Part shown: in pieces, positions 35,392 to 49,179 of the stretch
Position numbering within the stretch: position 1 is the stretch's first letter
How the letters are laid out: each line of letters opens with the position of its first letter
Assembly: GCA_030704615.1 (NCBI GenBank)
Contig: CM060731.1
Location: forward strand, 87,358,001-87,422,000
Direction of reading: 5' to 3'
DNA: 64,000 nt
From: Takakia lepidozioides
Lineage: Eukaryota; Plantae; Bryophyta
The notes under the pieces: model-generated
The model's input: only the letters and a program-made list of their open reading frames with translations
What the model was told of the DNA's origin: nothing
Databases searched by the model: none
Made by a program: the position numbers and the translations under genes

Positions 35392-38300
35392 TGTCGCGGC
35401 CCTTTGCCTTGAGGGCAGGGGTCGGGACACATGAGGGGCTGCCCCTGTGGTGGGGGCAGCGGCAGCGATAGGTATGGGGGGCTGAAGCACCCTTGAGTGC
35501 CCAAGGCACTCAAGGAGGCGGAGGCGCTCACTAGGTGGAGCCCCGCAACCCGGGTTGCGGTGGAGGTGGCTCCACAAGGGGTGGTGGTAGCTTAGTGGGA
35601 CTTAGTGGGGGTGGCATAGGACTCACCATGGGGTGGAGACCTCGAGGTGGGAGTCGTGGGGAGTCTTGGGACTCATCACGGTCCATTGGGGCCGCGGTGA
35701 GTGGCCAAGACTCACCGCGACTCACCACCGGGAGTCGAGGGTTTTCGTGGTGGTTCGCCATAAAATGGCATGGCTGGTTATGAAACCCCCGCGGACAGCT
35801 ACAGAAGTATATATAGGGAGTAGTAACCCCGAGAACGGTGCAAGCCCGTTGGTGACCAAAAACTAGTGAGTAAGCGAGCGAGCCGGAAAGCGACCAAAGA
35901 GTGGGGAGCTGTTCCGGACTGCCATCTACCAAGGGAATTCTCCTAGTCCCAAATAGGTGGAGGGTTTAGAGGGAAGCGAAGGGGGACCGTTATGTCCCGG
36001 TGAGCAGCCGAAGCTCCAAGTTGGCCCGGCGGCCAGGTTGGGAGTCAGGCGCGCGCATCAAAGCGAGTAACTATGACTTGAAGGGGAGCTTACCGAGTGA
36101 GGTGCGCGACACTTGGTATCAGAGCTTAGAGTTCAGTACGCGATCGTCCTTGGGATTGGCCTCATCATGGGGTCGGGCAAGCCGAAGCGAAAGCGGAACG
36201 GCCCAAAAGATGATGATCCCGGTGAGCCCGATGGGGGCGACGTGTCACCGAGGCGGCCGTTTGAGGAAGCGATTAATGTTTCCGAAAACGGCCGCTCAGG
36301 AGCGGGAGGAATCCGAGGAGTCGGAGCCCGAGGAATCTTTGAGAGCTCCGACAAACCAAGAGATGCCTCCCATGCCGGCAGCCTTTTGGGAAGGGTTGTT
36401 GGCGCAGTTTGGCGGGACGTTGAAAGACGTGTTGAAGGCGGCTAATGCCACTTCCACTAAGGCAAAGTTTAAGGTGAAGCCTAAGGAACCCGGCACCTTC
36501 GAGGGCGTTCGAAACCGGAAGGCACTCACACCTGGCTCCTGGAGCTAGAGCAGTACTTCCGGCGGCCAAGTTGAGTGACGAGGATCGGGTGGAAGTGGCT
36601 CCCACCTATTTGAGGGGCTATGCTCAACAATGGTGGCAGAAACGCCTTCACGACCGAGGCCCAAGCCCGGAAACCTTGAACTGGAGTGGTTCAAGGAATT
36701 GATGAAGAGACAGTTTGTGCCCCTCAACGCATCCTGGCTTGCCCGGGACAAGATGAGGAATTTGAAGCAAACAGATGACATTCGGGGGTATGTCCAGGCT
36801 TTCAATGTGCTGTTGCTCGAAGTCGCGGACATGGCAGAACCAGAAATGGTCTTCAACTTTGTGGCGGGACGGCCCCATGGGCTAGGCGGAAGTTGGAGGA
36901 GAAGCCACCCAAGACTTTGAACGAGGCAATTGAGAGAGCTGAATGTTTCTCGGATGTCCCTAGGGGTGAGAGACAAGGCCGTACGGAGCTGAACCACAAG
37001 AAGACCCGGCGGGAAGGTGACTCCTCCCGACCGGAAAAGAAGTGGGATAGGCCACGCGGCGAAAATGGCACGTGGAAATCGAAGGGAGGTCCTTCACACG
37101 TCAAGGCGGCACCCGGTGCTTCGAAAGGAAAAGCGGGTGGAGCGACTTATGGCGGACAGAAGGCGACCTTTGATGGAGTGTGTTTCAATTGCGGGGAGCC
37201 CGGGCACATGGCCAAGAAGTGCACGAAGCCCCGGCAATTGAACATGACTCGGGCGACCACGGAGCTGTCGGAAGATACCATCAGTCGCTTGGTGGAAGCG
37301 GTGGTCGCCAGGACTTGCAAGGTAGGCAAATTTTCTTGTGAGTTGTATCAGGAAACTGGCGCCTTACGAAAAGGGAGTCAGTTATTGTTCGTGGATGGGA
37401 TAATATCCGGAACTAATGTGTCGTTGTTGGTGGACACAGGAGCGTCGCACTCCTTCATGACGCCGGCGGCGGCGCAAAGTTGGGACTCCCGACAAGTGAC
37501 GTGGGGCCTCTATTGAGGTGCGCTCTGCCAAAGGAGAACCTCAGTTGGCGACAAGGTTGGCGTTTGATGTTCCTCTTCAACTGGGGAGTTGGGAGGGACG
37601 TGAGAACTTCACTATCTGCGAGATCGATGGAGTGGATCTCATTTTGGGAATGACCTTTTTGAGCAAATCCGGAGCGGTCATAGATGGCCGCAAGAGAGTA
37701 GTCACGCTGCCATGTGGGAATGGTGGCGAGGTTTTACGAGTGTCGGAAACGCCCAAATCCGTGGGAGGGCGAATAAACCTTCTATCAGCAAAGGAGTGGG
37801 CCGTGGAGGAGACACACGAGTCCCAGTTTTTGCTTTACATTAGAGAAGTGAAAGGAGAAGGCGATGGGGAGCCGAGCCCAGATTGGATCAAGGGGATTTT
37901 GGAGAAATACCAGGATGTGATGCCGGAGGATTTACCAAGCGGCTTGCCACCGCGAAGAGGAGTTGACCACAAAATTGAGGTGATACCGGGATCGGAACCG
38001 CCTGCCAAGGCGCCCCTACCGGTTGAGCCACAAGAGTTGGTCGAGCTGAAGACTCAGCTCAAGGATCTAATGTCAAAGGGGTACATCCGGCCGAGTAAGT
38101 CACCTTACGGAGCCCCGGTGCTATTTGCAGACAAGAAGGATGGGACGCTGCGGATGTGTGTCGATTACAGGGCTCTGAATAAGGTGACTATCAAAAACCG
38201 GTACCCTTTGCCAAGGATCGACGACCTCTTCGATCGGTTGGCAGGCGAAGTATTTCAGCCGGATCGACTTGCGCTCCGGCTATCACCAAATTCGGGTGGC

Positions 38301-41300
38301 GGAAGGAGATGAGGAGAAGACCGCGTGCAGGACAAGGTATGGTTCATATGAGTTCTTGGTGATGCCTTTTGGGCTCACCAATGCACCAGCGACATTTAGC
38401 ACGCTGATGAACAGCCTTTTCCAGGAGTGGTTGGATGACTTTGTGATCGTGTACATCGACGACATCTTGGTGTACTCGAAAACAAAGGAGGAGCACCTGG
38501 AGCACCTCAAAAGGGTGTTCCAAAAATTGCGAGAAGGGAAGCTGTATGCCAAAGCTTCAAAGTGCGAATTCGGGGTCACAAAAGTGGAGTTCTTGGGGCA
38601 CGTGATTACACAGGATGGGATCAAAATGGATGACAGAAAGGTGAGGGCGATCTTGGACTGGGAGCCTCCGACTTCGGTCCCGGGAGTGCGATCCTTCCTA
38701 GGACTCGCCTCCTATTACCGGAAGTATGTGAGAAATTTCGCCAAGATCGCGGGGCCGCTGTCGGACCTTCTGTGTAAATCCAAAGTCTGGGTATGGAACA
38801 CATTTTGTGGCCAAGCTTTTGCTGAATTGAAGCAGCGGATGACGGAAGCTCCAGTCTTAAAAATCCCGGAGTTCGATCGTCCGTTTGAGATTCATACAGA
38901 TGCATCGGACTTCGCAATTGGGGGTGTACTTATGCAAGATGGACGTCCAGTGGCTTACGAAAGTAAGAAACTGAATGAAGTGGAGCGACGGTGGCCGACG
39001 CACGAAAAAGAGATGAAGGCGGTGGTACATTGCCTTGAACTCTGGCGCCACTATGTTGGTTCCAACCCAGTGAAGGTGTTCACGGACAATGTCACGGTGA
39101 AGTATTTTGCCACGCAGCCCAAGTTGTCCCCAAAACAACTTAGGTGGCAAGATACTTTGGCAGTGTTCGACGTGGATATCCAGTACAAACCGGGACGGGA
39201 CAATGTGGTGGCCGATGCTTTAAGTAGAAAGCAGCAGCTCTTGTTGGTGTACAAGGGCGAGACGGCGCTCCAAAGGAAGATCCGGAAGGCTTGCCGGAAG
39301 GATGAGCTGGCAAAGTGCGTGATGCAGAACTTGAGAATGGGGGTTAAATCGCAGTTCCACTTGCAAAACGGACTGCTCCGGTATAAGCAAAAACGTCTCT
39401 ATGTGCCAAAGGGAGGGATCAGGGATAGTCTCTTGAGAGAATGCCATGATAGCCCGCTTGCGGGCCACGGTGGAGCCAAGCGCACTGCGGCACTCTTGAA
39501 GAAAGAGTATTTCTGGCCCAAACTGAGGGAGGAGGCAGAGGAGTATGTAGACATGCACCACATGCCAACAAAACCGGAGCGAGTACAAAAAGCAAGCGGG
39601 GCTGTTACAACCCTTGCCGATTCCAGAGGGGACTTGGGAAAGCGTCTCGATGGATTTCATGACTGCTATGCCGCTGTCAAAAGGATTCGATGCAATCATG
39701 GTGGTGGTAGATAGGTTCAGTAAAATGGCCCATTTCATCCCCACCAAGGAGACGGCAACGCGCAGGAGACAGGGCGACTTTACTTCGCCCACGTCTTAAA
39801 GCATCATGGAGTCCCGAAGGATATTGTCTCGGACCGCGATCCAAAGTTTACGAGTAAATTCTGGAGAGCACTTTGGAAGAATGGGGACGAGGCTGAAGAT
39901 GAGCACCGCCTTCCGACCTACGACGGACGGCCAAACGGAAAGAGTGAATTCCGTAGTGAAGCAATTCTTGCGGAATTACGTGTCGGCAGACCAATCAGAC
40001 TGGATGGAACACTTAGACGCGGCAGAGTTCTGTTATAATAACACAGAACACTCCGCGACGGGAGTTTCTTTTGTGTTGGTCTATGGAAAAGCACCTCTGG
40101 TGCCGACAAGTTGGGCCGCCCAGGACGTTGAGGAACCGGCAGTAGCGGCGGTACTGGAAGAACGCGAGCGTTTGTTGAAGCTCGCAAAGTACAACATTGC
40201 CAAAGCTAGGAAACGGTATGAAAGGCAGGCGAATCGGAAGCGGAGGGAAGTGAAGTTTGAGGCAGGCACAGAGGTCTGGTTGAACATCAAGAATTTCGAC
40301 TACCTCCGGAAATGAGTCCGAAGTTCGTACCTCCGTATGCGGGTCCCTTTCGCATTCGGAGGTTATGAATGAGGATGTGTATGAATTGGAGCTGCCAGCA
40401 AACAGCAAGGTGCACCCAGTATTCCATGTCTCCCTTTTGAAGCCTTACTTCAAAGATGAAGCACGTCCGAATCGGCAGCAAGTGTTGCGTCCGCCACCTA
40501 TGCTGTTGGATCATGAAAATGAACCCGAGTACGAGGTGGAGGCAATACTTAAGTCGAGGAGGTTCAAGAACCGAGAAACGGAGTATCTCGTCAAATGGAA
40601 GGGCTATCATCTTGTGGAGGCATCTTGGGTGCGTGCCTCAGAAATGGGAAACGCATCCGAGGCAGTTGCAGCGTTCGAAGGGCGACCTCAAAAGCGGAAG
40701 AAGCGTTGATGGGGACATCAACCTTGGAGCGTGGGGGAGGAAATGCATGCTTAGCCCGGTTTAGCTAGCTCAGGAATCCGATTGCAAAAACTTGTATTGT
40801 ACAAAAATTTGTGATAAAGGAAATGGGTTCCAAATATTGTGCGTCCTATTGTGTTTGGAATGGTGATGCATGGTGTGGTTTGGCTGGTGTGTAGAATGCA
40901 TGCTAGCTTACAAAAGTGGGAGAGGTAAATTGGGTTAATCGTGTGTTTGCGCAGTGCCGAAATCGGGTGACTCCCATCCAAGGGGCAAGGAAACTTGCCT
41001 TATTTGGGAGTTCAAGTGCTAGTGCGCACCTGGCGCGTGCGCGTACTATAACTGCGCTACCGAGGGGGTTGCCTTGTAGTGCGGGCTAACGCGGAAGCTA
41101 CGTGCTTCCGTTCACGTACTATAATCGTGTAGCCTCGGGACGAAGTCGTAGTGCGGCTTCGCGTGTTCCCGTACCTCAGGCCAGCATTCCAAGGCGGACC
41201 CAATTGTAGTGATTGGGGCGCACGGTTGGTTCAAGGTTATCTTCCTAGTCAAAGAGGGTTCCAGGTGAACCCTTGCTCAAGGTGATGCCAAAAGCGGCAT

Positions 41301-42326
41301 CATGAGCGATCGCAAGCAATGTTGTTGCAGTAAGGCGATTCGATCCTCGGGGAGGATCGTTCCTTGGCCTTGAAGTAGGCCAAGAAGAGTGCACTGGGAG
41401 GAGCTGGAGAGGCTCCACCCTTGGCCGGGACTTGGAGGAAGTCGGCCGAACTAGCTAGTGGAGAGTGGAGTCAAGTGTGGGGTTTGGTTCTTTGCCATGG
41501 GACGCCATGGTACGGAAACAAACTCCTTGATGTGGGACGCCACAACTTGGATGTTCGTTTCTACAAAATGGACAAGTCGATGAGGACATCGACTCCCTGT
41601 TGGTAGGGGTGTGTGTCGCGGCCCTTTGCCTTGAGGGCAGGGGGTCGGGACACATGAGGGGCTGCCCCTGTGGTGGGGGCAGCGGCAGCGATAGGTATGG
41701 GGGCTGAAGCACCCTTGAGTGCCCAAGGCACTCAAGGAGGCGGAGGCGCTCACTAGGTGGAGCCCCGCACACCGGGTTGCGGTGGAGGTGGCTCCACAAG
41801 GGGTGGTGGTAGCTTAGTGGGACTTAGTGGGGGTGGCATAGGACTCACCATGGGGTGGAGACCTCGAGGTGGGAGTCGTGGGGAGTCTTGGGACTCATCA
41901 CGGTCCATTGGGGCCGCGGTGAGTGGGCCAAGACTCACCGCGACTCACCACCGGGAGTCGAGGGTTTTCGTGGTGGTTCGCCATAAAATGGCATGGCTGG
42001 TTATGAAACCCCCGCGGACAGCTACAGAAGTATATATAGGGAGTAGTAACCCCGAGAACGGTGCAAGCCCGTTGGTGACCAAAAACTAGTGAGTAAGCGA
42101 GCGAGCCGGAAAGCGACCAAAGAGTGGGGAGCTGTTCCGGACTGCCATCTACCAAAGGGAATTCTCCTAGTCCCAAAGGTGGAGGGTTTAGAGGGAAGCG
42201 AAGGGGGACCGTTATGTCCCGGTGAGCAGCCGAAGCTCCAAGTTGGCCCGGCGGCCAGGTTGGGAGTCAGGCGCGCGCATCAAAGCGAGTAACTATGACT
42301 TGAAGGGGAGCTTACCGGAGTGAGGT
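35392..42326 (+). mobile_element. LTR-B: chromovirus of the same family as LTR-A, nested in E2
   Basis: 5' LTR 35392-36111, PBS TGGTATCAGAGC 36114-36125, gag-pol to 40709, 3' LTR 41614-42326 lacking its last 8 nt. Confidence 0.95.
36167..40709 (+). pseudogene. LTR-B gag-pol with chromodomain
   Basis: Same domains and nearly the same sequence as LTR-A, with many 1-bp frameshifts. Confidence 0.93.
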
Positions 42327-43580
42327 TACGGAAATGCGGTACCGCATTTCCGTTCTGATTGAGATTTACGAACAACGGGAACAGAAATGCGGCACCGCAT
42401 TTCCGTCCGAGTCGCACTTTTCGACATTCCAGAACGGAAATGCATTTCCATTTTGTATCTGATGCATGGAGCGAGTGCGATTCCGACAGCTTCATACAGC
42501 GCAATTCCGACCGCTTGAGACATTGTCCAGAACGGAAATGCGGCACGCATTTCCGTTTTGACTGAAAATCGTGAACCATCTGAACTAAAATGCGGCACCG
42601 TATTGAGTCGCACCTACCACATTCAGAACGGAAATGCGGTACCGCATTTCCGTTCTGACTGAAAATCGTGAACCATCGGAACTGAAATGCGGCAACGCAT
42701 TTCCATCCGAGTCGCACCTCCCAACATTCCAGAACGGAATGTATTAGATTCAAAAGGGAAATGCGGCGCATTTCCGTTCTGATGAAATCCTGAAACATCG
42801 GAACTGAAATGCGGTACCGCATTTCCGTCGGAGTCGCACCTTCCGACATTCCAAAACGGAAATGCGGCGCCGCATTTCCGTTTTGTATGTGAGGCATGGA
42901 GCTGTGGAACGAAAATGCGTTTCCGCCAGCGTCAGACGTGAAAATGCGGTACCGCATTTCCATTCTGACTGAAAATCGTGCAACGGGAACAGAAATGCGG
43001 CACCGCATTTCCGTTCGAGTCGCACCTTCCGACATTCTAGAACGGAAATGCGGCGCCGCATTTCCGTTTTGTGGGCCTGGAGCTGTGCTACGAAATGAGC
43101 ATTTCCATCCATGTGAGACCTTCAAACTTTCCGACCGGAACGGCACCGCATTTCTGTCCAGGTGAGACCTCTATACTTTCCCGAACGGAAATGTGGCACG
43201 GCATTTCCATTCATCATCTAACGATGTGAAGAACGGAAATGCGGTACCGCATTTCGAAAATCATGAACCACGGGAACTGAAATGTTGTGCCTCATTCCAA
43301 TCGCACCTTTCGACATTCCAGAACGGAAATGCGGCGCCGCATTTCCCTTTTGATCTCATACATGGAGCTGTGGGACGGAAATGCGGCACCGTATTTCCGT
43401 TCAACAACTAAGGTATGTGAAGGTGGAACGGAAATGCGGTGCCGCATTTTCTTCCAACAAGTACGGATGTGTAGCTGATGGTACTTAACGGAAATGCGGC
43501 GCCGCATTCGCATTTTCGCTCCAACTCATCAGACGCTGGGACGGAAATGCCTTGAAATGTGAACACGTGGAGCAACGGAA
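42327..43580. repeat. E2 central palindrome array, right part
   Basis: More than 20 full or partial GGAAATGCGGYRCCGCATTTCC copies with recurring linkers, continuing the array that LTR-B split. Confidence 0.92.
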
Positions 43581-43859
43581 TTGCTGCACATGTCGGCACT
43601 CTATCTGACTGAAGGGGCATGAGGCGGCGCGGCCTGACCGTTCGATAATGATGTTTGTTTTTCGGACGGCAGGCGTACCCTCAACGATTCGAATTTCGTA
43701 ATGACGCAAACTCCACGAGGAGACACTTTCGTCCAACCCTTTCGAACCCAAGTGGTGCATCACCGCCGTTTCATCTACTTTTGTCGTGTCTCCTCAGTCA
43801 CCCCTCTCGCGCCTTTCCATCTGCACTCTTTGCCCTTTTCCCTCTCTCTGTTCTTCTTA

Positions 43860-46800
43860 TGCTCGAACCTGAGAGGGGGGGTTTCGTGCACCAGACAGGA
43901 GACCTCGTCGCAAGCTCCGGAAATTATACTTCGGACGTAGGCCAATGCCGAAGGGGAGGAAGCAGATGCGTCTACAGGAGGAGATTGCCATCTCCGAGCA
44001 GCAGGCCACTCAGGCAACCCAGCCACCAGTGAGAGCTCCATGCGATCGGGCTGCGCGCAGCTGATCGAGCACCGAACCCCCCATTTTGCTTCTGTAATTC
44101 TTAGACTGAATGCTAGGAGACTTGAATGCAGAACATGTTTGCATGCCTAACAGGAAAGGTGGACGTGCTGGAGGGATCGCAGGAATCCGAAGAGCCGCAG
44201 GAAGAGTCCGAGGAGCTAGCTGCAGCACGTACACCCACCCGATCCCGAGCGCGGGTATCCTGCCGGGCCTAGCCCTCTGCGATTCAAAGACGCGTCTTCG
44301 AAGGGCAAGTTCAAAGTCCCAGAGATCGACTCGCGTTCTTCGGTCATGGAGAATCGCCAGCAGGGGTCGGGCCCTTCTCCAGCAAAGTCGAAGAAGAAGC
44401 AGCCCGTCCCTCTACTGGCTTTCTGAACCGGCTCAGGCCGATTCACCCCCCCAACGCGAATGAAGCAGCAGGGTAAAAGACAGATTCAATTGCAGCAGAC
44501 ACCTTCACCTGCAAGGATGAGGAAGCAGAAGGCAATCAGGGCGACGGGCGAACAATCTCCCGCAAAACCGCTTCCACGAGCTGAAGCTCAGTTCCTGGAG
44601 GATTTCCCGCCTGCAGATGTTGGGGCCGACTCTGCTGCAGCGAAGGCAATGGGATCGACCGTTTGATCTCGATTTGGTACCGGAGGAGGGTGCTGCCGCT
44701 CAACGTTCGCAGCAAGACCTCACCACCGATGAGCAAGCAGGCCCGGAGGAGGCCTCTGCAATGGCAGAATTGCCCGCAGACAGGCCCCAGAGTGCAGCTC
44801 CAGTTGAGGATGCTCCAGCTGCTCAGCCACTACCGGCACCTACAGACATGTCTCCGGAGGATTTCAAAAGTGCAGCGGATAAAATGTTGGAGGAGACACA
44901 CAGTAGCATTGGCAGAGTTCTGGCAGCAGGGTATTCCAGCGGACTCTTCGAATCCCACTCTGTCGCATGGTCTCCCTTCCCATCGTCAGGCAGGCCCTTC
45001 CCGGAGATGTGGATAAGCTCAAGTTCGCATTTCGAGAAGGGTACCGTCTGGGATCGGCAGCGTTTTACGTTTCCATTGAGAATGAGGACGGCGAAACTCG
45101 TGACCCACTGCCGATGAATTGTCAACGTGGGATACCCACTGGCACACTCGCAACCACGAATTCGAGGCGACGCTGAAGGGTGATCCAGACTTCGGCCATA
45201 TGTCGGGTAAAATGTTCTTTGTGTGGGACGGGAATCACCGACTTCGCCTGGTGGGAGTACATCAAGCAGAACCATGCCAAGCACATTGGCTGGCATTACA
45301 TGGTGGAGTGTGTCATCCTCAAGGTGAAGGCGGCAGACTCCTCCCTGCTCAAGAATGCCATGGCGGACCTCAATCGTAAGATACTCATACCCTCCCTAGC
45401 ACGTTCGAAATGCGGTGCCGCATTTCGGTTTCCATTCTGGTTTGTTTCCGTGCTTCCGTGTACTGAACTGGAGAGTGTGCCTTGCAGGGTCACTGAGAAT
45501 GCGTACGTGCATACCCACATGGCACATATGCTGTACAGGGTGAGGAAAACTGGTCTCACTGATCCGCAGATGTTTGCGGAAATGCTGGAGCCCGAGCTCA
45601 TTCAGAAAGCCGTTGCAAAAACAGACCGGACATGGTATCGTCTCACTATGGATGGAATGGTGGAGGTGATATACGAAGTAAGTCGTCCTCCAATTTCCCT
45701 CTGCTCATCCTTCCCCAATTTCCAGTAATCTTTCCACATGAATCGAATGTAACGCTTCTGCATGTTTTTGTTGGCAGTCAAACATCAAGCTGGATTTGGC
45801 CCATGCCAAACGCTTCTTCATGGAAAGTGAGGGGCAGGTCAAAACGTTGCAGTCATTGACTGAGCACTTGAAGGAAGCCGGTGTCAAGTCCAGAACCAAA
45901 TACAAGTCAAAGCTTGTGAAGCTGGTGGCAATTGCAGATCCGGCACTTGGAAAGGACTTCATCCCCGAGATTGCAAAACACTATTCTCGGGCCATGCAGC
46001 CGACCATGCAATTGGAGAAACTGCATCACCTCTCAACGGCATGTGTGGAGGCGAAAGAGAAGGTGAGGTTTCAATGCACTGAAGTTCCTTCCTAGCAATA
46101 GCCACTCTCTTCCAGCTCCTGACATTGGATCGGAAATGGCAGACACGGTGGCTGTCGATCTGGAATGCATCCGAGAGCATAAGGACAATGTGGTCTTTTC
46201 CACTGAAGTTTCCGACCCTGCAGTGGATGTGTGGCTCAACCGTATGACTTGGTGGTTCCAGGTAATTCAAGGTACTTCCCCAGATTTGCTTTTCTGAATG
46301 AATTCCCTGAACTGCTACGTGACAATGCATTTGGGAATCGCAGGTAATGTCGAATGCGAAGGAGCAAGTCGTAATGCACACAAATTCGTTCGGCTTGTAC
46401 GTCAAATGGGATGGAACACAGACATTGGAAGACTACGTGACACGTTTCAGATGTGCGTACAAGGACAACCTTTTCGCCAGAGAGCTACAGACAGCAAGAA
46501 GGAGCGTGGAGTTTACACATCAGGAGGGAGCGGGAAAGCTGCAATGCGAATTGTTTACAGGTGAAGCACAGCTGCCCTTGTATGCGAAGCCTGGTTACGA
46601 GGTTTGTCTCGGAAATGCGGCACCGCATTCGCATTTTATGTTTTCGGTGGCACTCTGCGAGTAGGTTGGTCTCAACTTTTGCTCACGCATGCTGACTGCC
46701 TTGCAGGTATATGAAATACGTGCTCCTTCAGACAGGGGCCCTGGCTCAAGAGCCCCCGTTCTTCATGGCTTGGACCGTGGCGGGCCCAAGCTGTGTCTAC

Positions 46801-49048
46801 ACACCCGAGATGCAGAAACAATGGCATCCCGCGCATCTCGTTGGATGCCCTGGTACCTGGACATGTCTGGCGGTATTGTTGACGAGTCTGAGAAAGATCT
46901 GCACGCCTTGGCAGAAGAGAAGAGAAAGGAAAGACGTGTCCCTGCTGGGCCAAAGTCGGCAAAGGAATCTGCTGCTCTGGAAGAATCCAGAAAGGCAGCT
47001 GAGATGGCACAAAAGACGGTGGATGCAGCTGTGCAGGCCCAACAGAAGGGGTCGAAGAAGAGGACTCGCCAGCAAGGAGCAGCTGTTGTGACACCCGCCA
47101 AAACGAAGAAGCAGAAACAGCCTGTTCAGGAAGAGGGTGAGGAAGAGGACTCCGATGGAGACTTTGCAACCAGCCCACCCCCCAAACGCAGGCTGCCTCC
47201 CCTGTGCCCACCGTTGTCACGAGAGGCACGAGAACTGGCTCGGCAAAGAAGGCACTCTTCAACCCCCCAGGGGGGCACCCTTTCGAGCCGGTGGAAATGA
47301 AGAGGCCGAAAGTGGCTCCCGAAACAGTAGTCCAGTGTGTAAATGAGAGTTTCTTGGCGGCTTTGGATGGACGGGCAGCCAAGTTGGCATACATGAAGAC
47401 CATGGAGGGTCTGAAGGGCAGAGCACTGAAGAAGGCGACTGCCGAAGAGCCTTCCGACACCCCAGGATTTCAGAATATGGTCTCGTTCTTTGAGAGGGTG
47501 TGTGCAGACAAGGATTGTAGGAGGGGCGGAAATGCCACCGAGTGGTCTTGCGATGATCATCTTGGATATTCCGGACGGAGAGCCTGTGGAAGGACTGCAA
47601 GCTTTGCCATCTTGGAACAGGTACTCGGAGGACTTTTGGAAGAAAGGATTCGGGCTTGCCCGCATGGTGTTGGACGACAGAGGCTGTGTGGTTGTCCTGG
47701 CGAGCAGAGGAAAAAAACTCAGACAGGAATTGCGAAGTGGACCCGCAAGAGCGCCGTCCCGATTCTGAAAAAGAAGTGGACGTGCATCAACACACTGGGC
47801 CTTCGGTCGGAAGGGAAGAAGGTGATTACGACACTGGCACTCGTCCATTCATTTGCTTGGGTGTTTTCAAATGCGGTGCCGCATTCGGTTTCTAATCGTT
47901 TTCCCCCTGTGTATGCAGACGAAGCAGTTCGATGCACTGCTTTGTGAAGGAGAACTCCACCTTTGCTTTCCGGAAGGAGGGAGGAAAGGTTGACCCGAAC
48001 TGCGACCCACTCGATTACGACGTTCTGTTCAACAACGTTCCCAAGGAACTTCTCCCTCATAGCCTCACTTCAACGGAACCCCTGCGGTACTCACGGACTC
48101 GGAGCCCTGCCTTCATTCAGACAATTATGGAGACATGCACAGACGTGGAGGGCACAGTGCTCGACCTCATCTGTGGGACAGGTATGCAGAATCTTGATCT
48201 ATGCTGTTCTGCAAATTCTCGTTAGGATGTAGTTCGCAACATCTGAAGCGCCATGTGGTAATGTGTGGATGGCATTGTAACAGGTGCCTCAATGTGGGCT
48301 GGGCGGTTTTCCGACCGGCACCTCTTTGCCTACGAGGAGGATTCATCCGTGTGGGGATCCCATCTGGAGGGGCTGCAACGGAATGTGAAGGCTCCCGACA
48401 GAGCGGAAGTCTCCTCGGATTCGTCGGAGTCCGAGGAAGACACAGTGGACATTGATGCGGAGGAGAACCCGGAATACGAGTGAGTGCAAACATTGTAAGT
48501 TGCAAAGCCTTCTGGGTCATTTTGTCAAACGAATTTCCCGACTGTGGTTCTCATTAGTCTCGTTGATGATTGTCATGTGCAGGATTGCAGGGTCCGGGTC
48601 GAAACATGTAGGGCCTACACTTCCTGCCAGGAAGAATGTCCCGTTCTTTGCGAGGGCCGACTTCATGACGAGCCCGGTGAGGGACTACTCCCTTCCTAGT
48701 TATGCAGCTAAACTCGCAAATACAGCGATTAGAAGAAGTGAGAATCCCAGTAAAGTAGAGCAGATTTTGGAGAGGGCTAGGGAGGACAGAAGGATAAGGA
48801 AAGAGTTGGCAGCAGCTCAGACAGGTAGACGGGTACGAAAGTACATATGTGATTCAGCGGATGAGAGCGACGCAGACAGGGAGGAAGACGACCCAACGGA
48901 GGTGAGATGGACAGTTCCGCAAGGGGAAGATGGGATTTTCGAAAGCCTGGCCAACGAGCAGTCCGCTGGAGATGAGAAGGCACTGAGGGGGGTGGGGGAG
49001 CAGGACAGTCTAGAACAGGATGAGGATTCGGATGATTTTCAAGATTAA
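43860..49048 (+). CDS. E2 multi-exon ParB/Srx + beta-class MTase-fold protein (frameshifted in this assembly)
   Basis: FFVWDGNHR at about 45227; MIILDIPDG at about 47565; VLDLICGT|GASMWAG...RHLFAYEED. Eight introns at the same positions as in E1. The start position is approximate. Confidence 0.75.
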
Positions 49049-49179
49049 TAGAATTTTAATGAAGTCTCTGTAAATGTAAATTCTCTTCCAGAGTATATAA
49101 AGGAAATTCTGCCCGACATTCGTGACCCCTCTCCAGTGTGCATTCCAGCCACACAATCGCCCAAACCACGACGCTCCCA

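Noticed and set aside
42280-43146. Repeat-rich ORFs (288 aa here; also 3831-4449 and 49377-49955)
   Set aside because: They are translations of the palindrome arrays in several frames on both strands, with no protein-like features.
34975-43580. CRISPR array (palindromic ~22-bp repeats with ~31-bp spacers)
   Set aside because: The spacers recur as related higher-order units, the repeats are degenerate and also occur singly in introns, there are no cas genes, and the context is eukaryotic.
30972-49048. Programmed frameshifting, or ancient decay, in E2 and LTR-B
   Set aside because: The lesions are scattered 1-bp indels at different places in sister copies, with few nonsense codons. Long-read consensus error is at least as likely.
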